Shown here piece by piece: positions 29,228 to 38,956 of a DNA stretch of 64,000 nucleotides. Positions within the stretch are counted from its first letter, which is position 1; each line of letters begins with the position of its first letter. Origin of the DNA: Parcubacteria group bacterium. Lineage in GTDB: Bacteria; Patescibacteriota; Minisyncoccia; Phycocordibacterales; Phycocordibacteraceae. The translations under genes were made by a program, and so were the position numbers. Below the pieces are notes generated by a model. It was not told the DNA's origin and made no database searches. It worked only from the letters and a program-made list of their open reading frames with translations. Location of the stretch: contig JAQBRG010000002.1 in the NCBI GenBank assembly GCA_028286615.1, positions 31,235-95,234 on the forward strand. Direction: 5' to 3'.

Positions 29228-29479
29228 TTACGCAGCTTCTCGCTGGTCAATAGCAGCCTGGCGCTGCATAGCACGTTCTTCCTCTGGAGTCTTAGCAGTA
29301 CCTACTACGTTACCGAGTGAGTCTCGTACGATTATGTTCTGCTCAGCCATAGGAACCACGTTCTCTGCGTCCATACCCTCAATTGCTCCTTCAGGAGCCT
29401 TGGGCTTTTCTTCAGATTTGAACGCGTTACTAATTTTATCGAAGGGATTTTCCATAGAGGTATCTAAGTTAATACGCAA
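29228..29479 (-). CDS. Hypothetical small acidic protein
   Basis: 83-aa ORF (MRINLDTSMENPFDKISNAF...) with no recognised motif. Confidence 0.35.
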   Translation of the reverse strand: MRINLDTSMENPFDKISNAFKSEEKPKAPEGAIEGMDAENVVPMAEQNIIVRDSLGNVVGTAKTPEEERAMQRQAAIDQREAA

Positions 29480-29515
29480 TTATTTTCCCATGTATAGCGA
29501 AAATATCAAGTAGGG

Positions 29516-30211
29516 CTATTGTCCCGCTTTAGATACCGCCTGGTCTATAATCCGCTTCAAGCTCTGGTACGGAATAGTACCGCTTATGGTTGAAGGCTTC
29601 TGTCCCTTAACAAGAAGTACCACGTAAGGAGATCCGTCTGCTCCTGCGTTAAGTGCATTAATGGCGTCGTCCGTTACGTGTTTGCTGAACTGGTGTGAGC
29701 TTAAGCAGGTATTAAAGGTGTCAACTGAAATACCGAGCTGGGTAACAACTGTAGGATAATCCTTTGGATCAAACTGGTTCTCAGCGGGAGCCTGTGCCTG
29801 AACTAAGTCTATAAAGCGCCAGAATGCATCAGGCGCGCCTAGAGAAGCTGCACATTCAGCAGCTTCAGCGTGTGAGAGGGAGTTAGGATGCATGTCCGCT
29901 AGAGGAAAGTGTCTATATACCCACGCAACTTGTCCGCCAGAAGCGTATTCGCTCATAAGCTGCTCAAGTGTTGTTTGAAGTTGCTTGCTGTATGAGGAGT
30001 CTATATCTCCATACTCAACGATTGTTACGGCTGCCTGAGGGTTTCCAATGAGGTGGTCGCTAGGTGTAACGGGACGAACTGCAGTTGGGTCTCCTGCACT
30101 AACTGCTTCTTGGTGAGATCTAACAACGAAGATGGTAATGGCGAGAATAATACCGGCAAGCACAATTGCGCCTGGAATGAGATAGCGCTCGCGTATAGAG
30201 GCTGGTTGCAT
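29516..30211 (-). CDS. Membrane-anchored DsbA-like thioredoxin-fold protein with SxxS in place of CxxC (track ORF 29516..30319; likely start 30211)
   Basis: TM helix LIPGAIVLAGIILAITIFVV. Then GNPQAAVTIVEYGDIDSSYSKQ aligns to the DsbA/BdbD active-site region (VTIVEFSDFQCPFC) but carries SSYS. Confidence 0.55.
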   Translation of the reverse strand: MQPASIRERYLIPGAIVLAGIILAITIFVVRSHQEAVSAGDPTAVRPVTPSDHLIGNPQAAVTIVEYGDIDSSYSKQLQTTLEQLMSEYASGGQVAWVYRHFPLADMHPNSLSHAEAAECAASLGAPDAFWRFIDLVQAQAPAENQFDPKDYPTVVTQLGISVDTFNTCLSSHQFSKHVTDDAINALNAGADGSPYVVLLVKGQKPSTISGTIPYQSLKRIIDQAVSKAGQ

Positions 30212-30608
30212 AAAAAAATCATAGCACGAGGATAAAAGATCATGCCCTCGGAACGCTGTTTCCGAGGGCAGAGGGCGAACTATTTGCTGGCGTAAGAGGC
30301 CGGTGTTCTTGAGGGGCACTGATTAGATAGCCTATCCAGGGGAACATCCATTGTCTCGAAGAGCAGGCTCCACATTCGAATTCGCTGGCACATGCTCAAC
30401 CAAGCATCTGGGCTGATAACGAGATCCGCCCGTGCGGGTAATCCAGCAACAAGTTGCTTTTACTCCAGCTTTTTCGCTGGCTTGTTTAGCAATGGTTTTC
30501 AGGCCGTCTCCAGCACGATCAGGAAAGATCTCAGAAAGGATTTTCAACGCACATCCTCCATTAACTTATGCTGAATGCAGCATGCTACAGAAAACGGGAT
30601 TATGCAAC

Positions 30609-31187
30609 CTAGAAAGGAAGGGTGTGTGTAAATCCGGGTTGATCAAGAGGACGAGTCCAAGAAGACGTATCAATCTTCATCTCTCGAATATCTTTGAGGT
30701 CTTTGTATTTAAGGGCCTGATTCTTTATAGCGTAATCAAATATCTCACGGGTTATGCGTACGTCTTGGATACAATACTCACGCACCTTGTCATACAACCC
30801 CTGTTGCCACCATTCAACAGACTTAAGACCGTCTCCAGACTTGCTAACCTTGAGGGTTGCTTCGGCAATAGACTGAAGGCGGATACGTCGTCCGAGTACT
30901 TTCTGCACTTCAACCAGAAGATCGAGAGAACGAATCTTGGTTAAGTCTCCTGCGTAGTAGTGGTTGAGGAGAGGAATGTCGAAAGAGTCAGAGTTGAAAC
31001 CAATAAGCATGTCTGCTTTCTCGATAATGGGCCAGAGTTTAGGAAGTTCTTCCTTTGAGTAGGAAGAGTATTCCCCGGTCTCTGAGTCATGAATAGCAAC
31101 AACAGCCAAGTCTAGACGCGTAACATCCTGGCGTGCTAAAGACGGGAGAAGGTTCGCAGTTTCTATATCGAAAGTAATTTCCCTCAT
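30609..31187 (-). CDS. DEDD-family 3'-5' exonuclease (RNase T / DnaQ-like)
   Basis: Exo I FDIETANL (DxE), Exo II GFNSDSFDIPLL, Exo III YCIQDVRIT. Immediately downstream of hisS. Confidence 0.7.
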   Translation of the reverse strand: MREITFDIETANLLPSLARQDVTRLDLAVVAIHDSETGEYSSYSKEELPKLWPIIEKADMLIGFNSDSFDIPLLNHYYAGDLTKIRSLDLLVEVQKVLGRRIRLQSIAEATLKVSKSGDGLKSVEWWQQGLYDKVREYCIQDVRITREIFDYAIKNQALKYKDLKDIREMKIDTSSWTRPLDQPGFTHTLPF

Positions 31188-31196
31188 GCTTGTTGC

Positions 31197-32447
31197 TTAA
31201 GAGTTAATACGGCTGGCAACCTTGTCTTGAGCTAGCTCCTCTTCTTTGCTGTCTGCAAGAATCTTAAGCTTAACGGTTCCGGATGCGGCCTCGCTTTCCC
31301 CAAGAGCAATAAAATACGGGATGCCTCGCTTAACGGCTTCTTTAACCTGGTCTCCAAGTCCCTTAGTACCAACATTCACAAGAACCGAAACTCCTTGGGT
31401 ACGTAGATCGTCTGCAAATGCCTGAGCCGCACCAATATCGCTTTCTGAAGGAGTACCTATGAATAGTCTAGGAGCAGAAGAAGCTTTAGGAGCAATACCG
31501 TGTGTGGTAAGGAAGTCCATAAGTGTTACGTCTCCCATAGCTACACCAACTGCTGGAATTGGTTCTCCTCCAAAGAGTCCTACAAGATTGTCGTATCTGC
31601 CTCCGCCAAACAATGCGCGAGGGTTCTCGGGATTGGTGTCATAGATTTCAAACACAGTGCCAGTGTAGTAGTCAAAGCCGCGTACAATCTCTGGATCAAA
31701 TACTACGTTTGTCATACCGCGCATCTTGAATGCTTCGATAAGAGCAAGAAGCTTTGCTTTCTCTAAGGTAACGGAATCGCCTCCGTCGTTAAGAATCAGA
31801 TCAAGGGGATCAACGCGTCCTGCTAGACCTGCCGCAAATTCCTCAGCAGACATCTTTGCTTTTCGGTCTAGAAGTCGAAGGTAGTTTGCTTTAGCTTCTT
31901 TGGTGTCGTATCCGGCCGCAGCGCACGCAGCATCAAGAAGGGTGCGAGAGTTAATGCGGATAACAAAATCTTCATTCTTTGCACCAAGTTCTTGAAGTAG
32001 CTTTGAGGCAATAACAATAATCTCGCCATCAGCTTTAGCGTCCGCAATTCCAAGAAGGTCTACGTTTAACTGGAAGTGCTCACGCAGACGTCCACGTTGA
32101 GGGCGTTCGTATCTAAATACGTTAGGTATAGAAAACCAACGAAGAGGGAATACGAGTTCGCGACGCTTTCCCGCAACCATACGTGCAAGCGTAGGCGTCA
32201 TCTCAGGGCGAAGGGTCACGCGACGGCCTCCGCGGTCTTCAAAGGTATAGGTCTGTTCGCTAACGATTTCTTCTGAAGTCTTTGCTTCGTATAGCTCAGC
32301 TCGCTCAAGAGGAGATGCGTTGTATTCCTCGTACCCATGCGCCTGGAGCACTTTGCGGAAGACATCAAATACCGCAGAAAGCTGTGCCCATTCGTTAGGA
32401 TAGAAATCCCGCACGCCCTTGTAGGGGTCTGTTGAAAGCTCGCTCAT
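31197..32447 (-). CDS. hisS: Histidine--tRNA ligase
   Basis: Class II aaRS motifs (RDFYPNEW; LRPEMTPTLARM; FRYERPQRGRLREHFQLNVDLLG) plus a C-terminal anticodon-binding domain. Confidence 0.92.
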   Translation of the reverse strand: MSELSTDPYKGVRDFYPNEWAQLSAVFDVFRKVLQAHGYEEYNASPLERAELYEAKTSEEIVSEQTYTFEDRGGRRVTLRPEMTPTLARMVAGKRRELVFPLRWFSIPNVFRYERPQRGRLREHFQLNVDLLGIADAKADGEIIVIASKLLQELGAKNEDFVIRINSRTLLDAACAAAGYDTKEAKANYLRLLDRKAKMSAEEFAAGLAGRVDPLDLILNDGGDSVTLEKAKLLALIEAFKMRGMTNVVFDPEIVRGFDYYTGTVFEIYDTNPENPRALFGGGRYDNLVGLFGGEPIPAVGVAMGDVTLMDFLTTHGIAPKASSAPRLFIGTPSESDIGAAQAFADDLRTQGVSVLVNVGTKGLGDQVKEAVKRGIPYFIALGESEAASGTVKLKILADSKEEELAQDKVASRINS

Positions 32448-32467
32448 TGAGGCTAGTGTAGCAAATT

Positions 32468-33043
32468 TTAGACGCCTTCCCCAGCTTTTTCTAATGTCTT
32501 ATGCAGCTCTGAAATCTCACGCATAATTAAGTCCCGCATCCCTTCGGGGTTCTCAATAGCAGACATAACGAAGCTATTAGAATCTTCTCCTGCCGTCTCT
32601 ACTTTAACCGTGCCGTATCCGATTAGGGTACCGAAGAGACCGTAGACACCAGTTGTAACATCCTGTACTCGTCCGAGAAGGAAGCTTGCTACTCGCCTGT
32701 TAAAGAATCCGTATTGGCTAATCTCAACAATACGCATGTTCGTAATAACCCACATGTTGAGATAGTACTGAGTGAACATATTGAATGCTCCTATCCAAAG
32801 CAATAACCACCACAATCCTAAGAAGGTACGGAACAAAGATGCGTTAAAGGGAAGTGTTGCGGGATCAAATGCCGGCGCTTGTCCCTGAAGCGTAACGCTC
32901 GCAAGCCATGTGTATGCATGCGGAAGGAGTGTAGGAAGCCATGCCAGAAGGACTACAGGGATAAGAGAAACCACGAACACAAACCAATGCTTACGTATGG
33001 TCTTAATAACGTGTTCTCCAGGCTCTAGTTCAAATTCTTCCAT
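32468..33043 (-). CDS. Membrane protein with bacterial PH-like (bPH_2/YdbT-like) domain
   Basis: Two TM helices followed by a soluble domain. EPGEHVIKTIRKHWFVF is typical of the bPH_2 family. Confidence 0.45.
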   Translation of the reverse strand: MEEFELEPGEHVIKTIRKHWFVFVVSLIPVVLLAWLPTLLPHAYTWLASVTLQGQAPAFDPATLPFNASLFRTFLGLWWLLLWIGAFNMFTQYYLNMWVITNMRIVEISQYGFFNRRVASFLLGRVQDVTTGVYGLFGTLIGYGTVKVETAGEDSNSFVMSAIENPEGMRDLIMREISELHKTLEKAGEGV

Positions 33044-33046
33044 ATA

Positions 33047-33295
33047 TTAATGTAGACCGCTTGCCGCATAGAGAGCGAAAACTGCCGAGACAGCAACATG
33101 CACAGCAAGAGCAGGAATAGCTATCGCAGAACGATGTCCGTATCTGAACCAGTGATACGCAGCAACAAGGGTATAGATAACCCAAAGAATGAAGAGAAGG
33201 GTAAACAGAACCGGCACGACTTTATGAAAGTTAATAGCACCAACAAGACTGGGCACCTGAATGCCAGGAATGGTGGAGGTGGAAACAGAATCCAT
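33047..33295 (-). CDS. Hypothetical small membrane protein
   Basis: 82 aa with two hydrophobic helices. Probably co-transcribed with the downstream bPH gene. Confidence 0.4.
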   Translation of the reverse strand: MDSVSTSTIPGIQVPSLVGAINFHKVVPVLFTLLFILWVIYTLVAAYHWFRYGHRSAIAIPALAVHVAVSAVFALYAASGLH

Positions 33296-34053
33296 TACGT
33301 ATAGTGTGCCACGACCAGTCGAGCCCGGCCATACTGGTCAGTGCGTATCTCTGTGTCCGTAGCCTTTCCCGAATGAATGAGCCTTCGCGCCTCCTCAATG
33401 TTTTCTATATCTGCCTCTAGCCACAGCTCCCCATCTTTTTTTAGATAGGAAGGAGTTTCAGTAGCAATACGACGTATTAAGTCGAGACCGTCTTCTCCAG
33501 AAAAGAGTGCCTCGGCAGGTTCGAAGCCTGTAACACTCTCGTCGAGAGATCGTTCGCTTGGAATATAGGGAGGGTTTGATACAACGACGTCGAATCTCTT
33601 TCCATTAAAAGCTGCATATAGATCGCTAATTCGTATGTCTGCACGAGTATCATCCAATCCATTCTTTTCTATATTTTGTTTAATTTGCTCAACATGCTCT
33701 GGCATAAGCTCGCTAAACGAAACGTCCGCGGAAGGGAACTTAGCCAGTACCGCCAAACCAATAGCTCCAGAACCAGCACAGAGATCGAGTATGGAAAAAG
33801 GCTCCTTTCCAAAACGTTCTTGTAGACGAGCAATTAGTTCCTCGGTCCAGTGTTCAGTCTCAGGACGGGGAATGAGTGGCTTGGAATTGAGGTGTATCTT
33901 AAGGCCCAAGAAGGGAATCCACCCAATTACATACGCCAAAGGCTCCCCAGCAACAAGGCGGGCTTTGTCTGCGGAAATATCTGTATTGGTATCTCCTTCG
34001 TACTTGTCGCGCAAAAGAAGCTGGATGTCCTCGTTAGAAGGGAGTATTGACAT
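33295..34053 (-). CDS. prmC: Release-factor glutamine N5-methyltransferase
   Basis: SAM motif ILDLCAGSGAIG and catalytic VVSNPPYIP (NPPY). Confidence 0.85.
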   Translation of the reverse strand: MSILPSNEDIQLLLRDKYEGDTNTDISADKARLVAGEPLAYVIGWIPFLGLKIHLNSKPLIPRPETEHWTEELIARLQERFGKEPFSILDLCAGSGAIGLAVLAKFPSADVSFSELMPEHVEQIKQNIEKNGLDDTRADIRISDLYAAFNGKRFDVVVSNPPYIPSERSLDESVTGFEPAEALFSGEDGLDLIRRIATETPSYLKKDGELWLEADIENIEEARRLIHSGKATDTEIRTDQYGRARLVVAHYT

Positions 34054-34403
34054 ATATTACATTAAGTGTATAGTATATACATATGAAAGAGAAAAACGGT
34101 ACCTCCCTCAAGAACCCTGGCTTCGTGAAGGATCGTCTTTCCCGCGAAGTCCATACGATACTTCGCGTCTGCCTCCACCAGTTCGATGATGTAGAAAAGG
34201 TAGCACAGGAAAGCTGTTTTGATGTAGATGCCGTTATGCAGCACCGCTCAGTTGCATCTCGCCCAGTCTTCGAAAAGAATGTGGCGGCAGCACAGTGGTC
34301 TAAGCCAGCCGTAATAGCTGGAAGCCATCGTCCCCTTACGCGTCCACAGAAAGGATACTTTATCCCAAGCGGGTACGCATCGAACCGCGGTTTTGCTTAA
34401 TAC

Positions 34404-34449
34404 ACACAAAAGAAAAGACCCTCCTTTTGGAGGGTCTTTTCTTTTGTGT
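34404..34449. terminator. Long perfect palindrome, bidirectional terminator (21-nt arms)
   Basis: acacaaaagaaaagaccctcc-tttt-ggagggtcttttcttttgtgt lies directly downstream of the minus-strand RRM gene. Confidence 0.65.
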
Positions 34450-34457
34450 CGTTGGAA

Positions 34458-34853
34458 TTAGTATCCGCCACGGTCATTGCCGCCACCGAAACCACCTCCG
34501 TATCCGCCACCACCTCCACGATTGTTTCCACCGCCGAAGCCTCCGCCACGGTTTCCACCGCCGAAGCCTCCACGATCATTGTTCTCGCGAGGAGGGCGAT
34601 CGCCTTGAGGACGCGCCATGGAAACTGAGAGCATACGCCCATCAAATTCCTTGCCGTCCCATCGTGTTACAGCAGCCTCAGCCTCAGGCTCAGATGCCAT
34701 TTCCACGAAACCGAATCCGCGTGAGCGGCCGGTCATACGATCGCTAATAATGCTTGCTGATACAACCGAGCCTGCTTCCTCAAAAGCGGCGCGGAGTTCG
34801 TCTTCGGTCGTACGGTAAGGAATACCGCCGACATATAGTTTGCTTGTTGCCAT
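34458..34853 (-). CDS. RRM-type glycine-rich RNA-binding protein
   Basis: RNP2 KLYVGGI, RNP1 RGFGFVEM, and a C-terminal GGFGGGNRGGGFGGGNNRGGGGGYGGGFGGGNDRGGY tail. Confidence 0.85.
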   Translation of the reverse strand: MATSKLYVGGIPYRTTEDELRAAFEEAGSVVSASIISDRMTGRSRGFGFVEMASEPEAEAAVTRWDGKEFDGRMLSVSMARPQGDRPPRENNDRGGFGGGNRGGGFGGGNNRGGGGGYGGGFGGGNDRGGY

Positions 34854-34986
34854 GTCTCTCTAGTGAACTTGAACTTAGTAACCTCGCTGATGCCGAACGC
34901 TTTTGGGGGCAATTTGGAGTTCTGCGAGTTAATTCGAGTATGCTACAAACACAGTTAAATAACAAGTTTAAGCGGTGTGCAGAGCC

Positions 34987-36036
34987 CTATAACACCGGCT
35001 CTCGTTTGCCTCGTTTGAAGAAGAGTCCTTCAAGAGAATATTTGTCGTATCCGTAGAAGATGAAGGCAATAGGAATACCAATGAGTACCAGGTGCGGCCA
35101 TACCGTTTCGCCGAAGTAATACAAAGAAAGAGCAAGCCAGAACTCAAGGAAGAGTGCGGTAAAACGTATCTCAATACCGAGCAAGAAGAAGAGACCAATA
35201 ACAATCTCAACTATTCCCGCACCAAGTACGAGGAAATGAGGCTCAAAGCCGAGAGTCTGCGCGAGGCTTAGGGCATGTCCGCCAAATTGTCCTGAAGCAA
35301 CTTGAAGCGCCAGGTGGTTGTGAAGGAACTTGGCATATATAGAGGCATACAAAAGGGAGATACCAAAAGATACGCGCAATATCATGAACGCAAACGGAGC
35401 AAACATACGCGTGTACTTGCTCATCGCGCCCGGCTTCTTTCCATGTCTAAGCGTATCGAGTCCCCAGGTATGCGCGCCAAGGATAAGGAGTACCAATATC
35501 TCGCCTAGGTAGTTTGCATACGTAAGCATGTACTCTCCGTGGAAATATACATTGGCGAGAAAGATAAGAAGAGCAACGCCTGCGGCAATGCGCGTGTACA
35601 GTCCAATAGTTATGAGTATTCCGGTAACAACGAAGAGGGCAACAATGAGTGGGGTGTAGGCTCCAAAGCTCGCAAGGAAAGGAAGTTCTGGTCCGTAACT
35701 TGCACCGAAGAATGCTGCAGCGAGAAAGGCGAGACCAATCGTCACGCGACTAACGAACGGTGCGTGCTTCTTCAGCTTCATAAGCATCGGATCAACTGCG
35801 TTCTCAAATCTTCGAGATATAGATATAAGGAACACAATCATAACCATGAGTATTCCTATGAAGGCCCAGAACACAAATAGATGCATGTCTGCCAAAAGGA
35901 CAGCAACCATATCAAATGGAGGCTTTGCAAGATCTTCTGATATTTGTCCCGGCGTGAGTACGTATACCTCGTGCGCTGATGCAACAAACGGCGCGAACAA
36001 TGTTGCCAGCAAGCTGAAGGAGAAAAATCTTTTCAT
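34987..36036 (-). CDS. Polytopic membrane protein with signal peptide (hypothetical)
   Basis: 349 aa. Signal-like N-terminus MKRFFSFSLLATLFAPFVASAHE followed by about 8 TM helices. Confidence 0.55.
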   Translation of the reverse strand: MKRFFSFSLLATLFAPFVASAHEVYVLTPGQISEDLAKPPFDMVAVLLADMHLFVFWAFIGILMVMIVFLISISRRFENAVDPMLMKLKKHAPFVSRVTIGLAFLAAAFFGASYGPELPFLASFGAYTPLIVALFVVTGILITIGLYTRIAAGVALLIFLANVYFHGEYMLTYANYLGEILVLLILGAHTWGLDTLRHGKKPGAMSKYTRMFAPFAFMILRVSFGISLLYASIYAKFLHNHLALQVASGQFGGHALSLAQTLGFEPHFLVLGAGIVEIVIGLFFLLGIEIRFTALFLEFWLALSLYYFGETVWPHLVLIGIPIAFIFYGYDKYSLEGLFFKRGKREPVL

Positions 36037-36057
36037 GAAGGAAGTATAGCGTGCTAA

Positions 36058-37872
36058 TTAAATCTTTCTCAACATATTCTTCTCAATATCTTCGAAGGTA
36101 CCTCCAACTTTCTTTCCAGGATTAAAGATATTCTCTGGATCAAAGATCTTCTTGGTGTCTGCAAACAGCATAACCATCTCGGTGCCAAAGAGCATTGGAA
36201 GGTATGGCGTACGGATAATCCCGTCGTTGTGTTCGCCGGTTGTGGTACCGCCATATTTAATAACAAGCTCGTACACCTTAGGAGAAAGCTCAAGAATAAC
36301 GCTGCGTGTCTCGGGCTTTGAGAGATCCATAAGGGGAATGATATGGAAGTTTCCGTTTCCAATGTGCCCGGCAATCGTATATATAAGTTTGTACTGCGCG
36401 AGAAGGGTGTTGAGCTCGGGCAAGAACTGCGGGTAGCAATCGGGAGGCACAACAAAATCGTCTATGAAAGGAGCGGCATAAAGGCCTTTTGAGTGCTGGC
36501 GTAAGAGCGCAAAGCTTTCGCGACGAATAATCCAGTACTTCTCTGAAGCTCTGTCGTTCTTGTTGATGCGTGTCTGCAAGTTCATGTCTGCAAGCGCAAC
36601 GCGTGCGCGCTCCGCAACATGAAGTGCATCTTCGGGAGTGTCTTCAGAAAACTCGGCCATTAACACAAGCTTCGGTACGCCGCCTTGAAGAACCAATCCA
36701 ACCTCAGGAAGGAACGAGAAACCGAGACGCATTGCGCGCACAAGACCCAAGCGCGCGAGCAGTCCAGGAAGGAATCGTATAGCGAGCTTGAACGTGTGGT
36801 CATCGTAGGACTCGAAAGATTCAGGATTGAAGGGAAGTACACGCCGTACAATCTCAGGCAACACGTTGAGATCTGAAAGGAAGATAACCAGCATGGCGCG
36901 TGAACGTTCTTCTTTAACCAAGCGAAGCCTGGCTTTGGTAACAAGGGCGAGCGTGCCCTGCGCTCCTGTTATGAGCTTTGCAAGATTAAAGCGCCCGTTC
37001 ACATCGATATCCCAAAGCGCATACCCAGCTGAGTTCTTTGAAACCTTTGGCTTCGCATTCTTAATGGTCTCCTTGTTGTCTTCAAGAAGCTTTGAGAGGT
37101 TCCTATATATGTCTCCTTCAAAGCTGTGGAGCTTTTGCTTCGCAAGAAGCTCGTTCTTTGAAAGAGCTTTGAACGTTGTTTCCGTACCGTCTGAAAGCAC
37201 TACGTCGAGTTCCTCAACGTAGTCATGGGTCTTGCCGTATTCAAGCGTGCGTTCGCCTCCTGAATCGTTATTAACAATCCCGCCCATAGCGCAGATCTCT
37301 CGGGACGCTGGGTATGAAGGCATGAGTTGCCCAAGTCCGTCTATCTTCTTAGCGAGCGTAGCCTTTTCGAAGTCTCGGTAATACACGCCGGGTTCAGTAA
37401 CGGCGTAGCCGTCTCCAACCTCAACGATATGATTCATGTGCTTTGTGAACACCGCAACCACCGAATCAGTAAGCGGACCTCCTGACATATCCGTTCCTGC
37501 AGATCGTGCGGTTACCGACACTGTCTTTCCTTTACGTCTTTCGTCTCGCACAACCTTAACCAATGCGGATACGTCATGCGCATCTTTTGGATACACCACG
37601 AGTTCCGGGGTCTTGGTGAATACGCTGGTGTCTCGACTATATTTTCCTCGCTCAGCAAGATCTTCAGATACCTCGCCATGTACTCGCGCTTTTATTGCAG
37701 TATATAGATCCGAATGCGTAACAGGCACAGAAGCTGACACTACTTCCTTAACCTCTTTTACTGCCTTCACTTTTTCAAATCCATGTACGTGCAGCAATTC
37801 ACGCACTATTGCATACGCAACCAGAACGGTTGCGAGAGTAGCGCCTAGGGTAGCAAGGTAAATTGGAAGCAT
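36058..37872 (-). CDS. FAD-linked oxidase (GlcD / D-lactate dehydrogenase-like) with N-terminal TM anchor
   Basis: FAD-binding PCMH region (VVYPKDAHDVSALVKVVRDE...TARSAGTDMSGGPL) and a C-terminal FAD-oxidase domain (HIGNGNFH, EHNDGIIR). Confidence 0.75.
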   Translation of the reverse strand: MLPIYLATLGATLATVLVAYAIVRELLHVHGFEKVKAVKEVKEVVSASVPVTHSDLYTAIKARVHGEVSEDLAERGKYSRDTSVFTKTPELVVYPKDAHDVSALVKVVRDERRKGKTVSVTARSAGTDMSGGPLTDSVVAVFTKHMNHIVEVGDGYAVTEPGVYYRDFEKATLAKKIDGLGQLMPSYPASREICAMGGIVNNDSGGERTLEYGKTHDYVEELDVVLSDGTETTFKALSKNELLAKQKLHSFEGDIYRNLSKLLEDNKETIKNAKPKVSKNSAGYALWDIDVNGRFNLAKLITGAQGTLALVTKARLRLVKEERSRAMLVIFLSDLNVLPEIVRRVLPFNPESFESYDDHTFKLAIRFLPGLLARLGLVRAMRLGFSFLPEVGLVLQGGVPKLVLMAEFSEDTPEDALHVAERARVALADMNLQTRINKNDRASEKYWIIRRESFALLRQHSKGLYAAPFIDDFVVPPDCYPQFLPELNTLLAQYKLIYTIAGHIGNGNFHIIPLMDLSKPETRSVILELSPKVYELVIKYGGTTTGEHNDGIIRTPYLPMLFGTEMVMLFADTKKIFDPENIFNPGKKVGGTFEDIEKNMLRKI

Positions 37873-37969
37873 CGTATGAAAGTGCAGTTCGTATATGTAG
37901 AATACCGCATTTATATATCGGCACCGTACTGCTTACGTGCATAACAGCACTCACGTAAAAGAAGAACAA

Positions 37970-38956
37970 TTATTTTCGGCTGGCCTTCTGAAAACGAAGC
38001 GAAGAATAATACGCAGCTGCAACAAACACGATACCGATACCGCCAGTTATAATCTCTGGCACTTCAAAGAGAAGACCGCTAAACATACACGCAGCAAGTC
38101 CAAAGATTGCCCAGTGCGCGCCATGTTCGAGGTACACCAACGTATCAAGCGTCTTCATCTTAACGAAGTAAATCGTAAGAGAACGAACGAACCAGGCACC
38201 AATACCAAGACCCGCAACGATAACGGGAATAGCAGTTGTAAGGGCAAAGGCTCCAACAACGCTATCAAGCGAGAACGCTGAATCGAGCACGTTGAGGTAG
38301 AGGAAGAGAGAAAGTCCTGCGGCTCCAGCCTGCGCTACTCCAGCAGAGAAGGAGTTCGCAAGTCCCTGCATAGAGATGAAGAGGATTATGCCCGTAATGC
38401 CAGCAACGAGTACGGTTGCTTGCTCTTCGCCAACAAGAAATGAAATGAGGATCAAGCTCAATAGTGCAATACCAATCTCAATGGCCTCGATGCGTCCCCA
38501 CTTAACAAGTTTTCGTTCTATAAGCTTGATCCAGTGCACGCCCTTGGTCTCGTCAAAGAAATACTTAAGCGAAACCATGAGAAGGAAGGTTGCTCCAAAC
38601 GCGTAAATTGCATGCTTAGCTCCTTCAAGCAGGTGTCCATACGCTTCAGGGTTAAATGCTGCGAGCTTGGCAACCATAAGTGGAGACATCCACACGCTTG
38701 CTGACACTATAAGTATGGGAAGGATGAGACGAGTACCAAATACAGCGATAAGCATTCCCCAAGTAAGGAATCGCTTCTGCCACTTGGGAGTCATGGTGGT
38801 AAGCACCTTTGCATTCACTACCGCGTTATCAAAGGAAAGGGTAACTTCAAGTGCCGTGAGGAGCAGGGCAGTAATAAGCGCCCATGGACCAAGACCAATT
38901 AAGATGCCGAGCAAGATAACCGCCGAGCCTATAAGCGGAACAAGGAAAAACTTCAT
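37970..38956 (-). CDS. TerC/DUF475-family integral membrane protein (track ORF to 39160; likely start at MKFFLV, about 38956)
   Basis: LEVTLSFDNAVVNAKVL and ALLSLILISF have the DUF475/TerC-like topology. The upstream 68 codons are non-hydrophobic and unconserved-looking. Confidence 0.6.
   Translation of the reverse strand: MKFFLVPLIGSAVILLGILIGLGPWALITALLLTALEVTLSFDNAVVNAKVLTTMTPKWQKRFLTWGMLIAVFGTRLILPILIVSASVWMSPLMVAKLAAFNPEAYGHLLEGAKHAIYAFGATFLLMVSLKYFFDETKGVHWIKLIERKLVKWGRIEAIEIGIALLSLILISFLVGEEQATVLVAGITGIILFISMQGLANSFSAGVAQAGAAGLSLFLYLNVLDSAFSLDSVVGAFALTTAIPVIVAGLGIGAWFVRSLTIYFVKMKTLDTLVYLEHGAHWAIFGLAACMFSGLLFEVPEIITGGIGIVFVAAAYYSSLRFQKASRK

Noticed and set aside
30332-30574. Small ORFs (71 aa minus, 60 aa plus) in the 290-nt gap between the DsbA-like gene and the exonuclease
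   Set aside because: No recognisable motif, and the two overlap each other on opposite strands. Insufficient evidence to call either.
34083-34400. 105-aa plus ORF in the prmC upstream region; also considered as a site of a structured RNA (tmRNA, SRP, RNase P)
   Set aside because: No conserved RNA motifs of those families could be recognised by eye. The ORF has protein-like codon usage but no homology, so it is left uncalled as a feature and noted only among the high-GC insertions.
35539-36049. Plus-strand ORFs (113 aa, 67 aa) antisense to the membrane protein 34987..36036
   Set aside because: Asn/Glu/Lys-rich antisense frames. The minus-strand product has a coherent signal peptide and TM topology.
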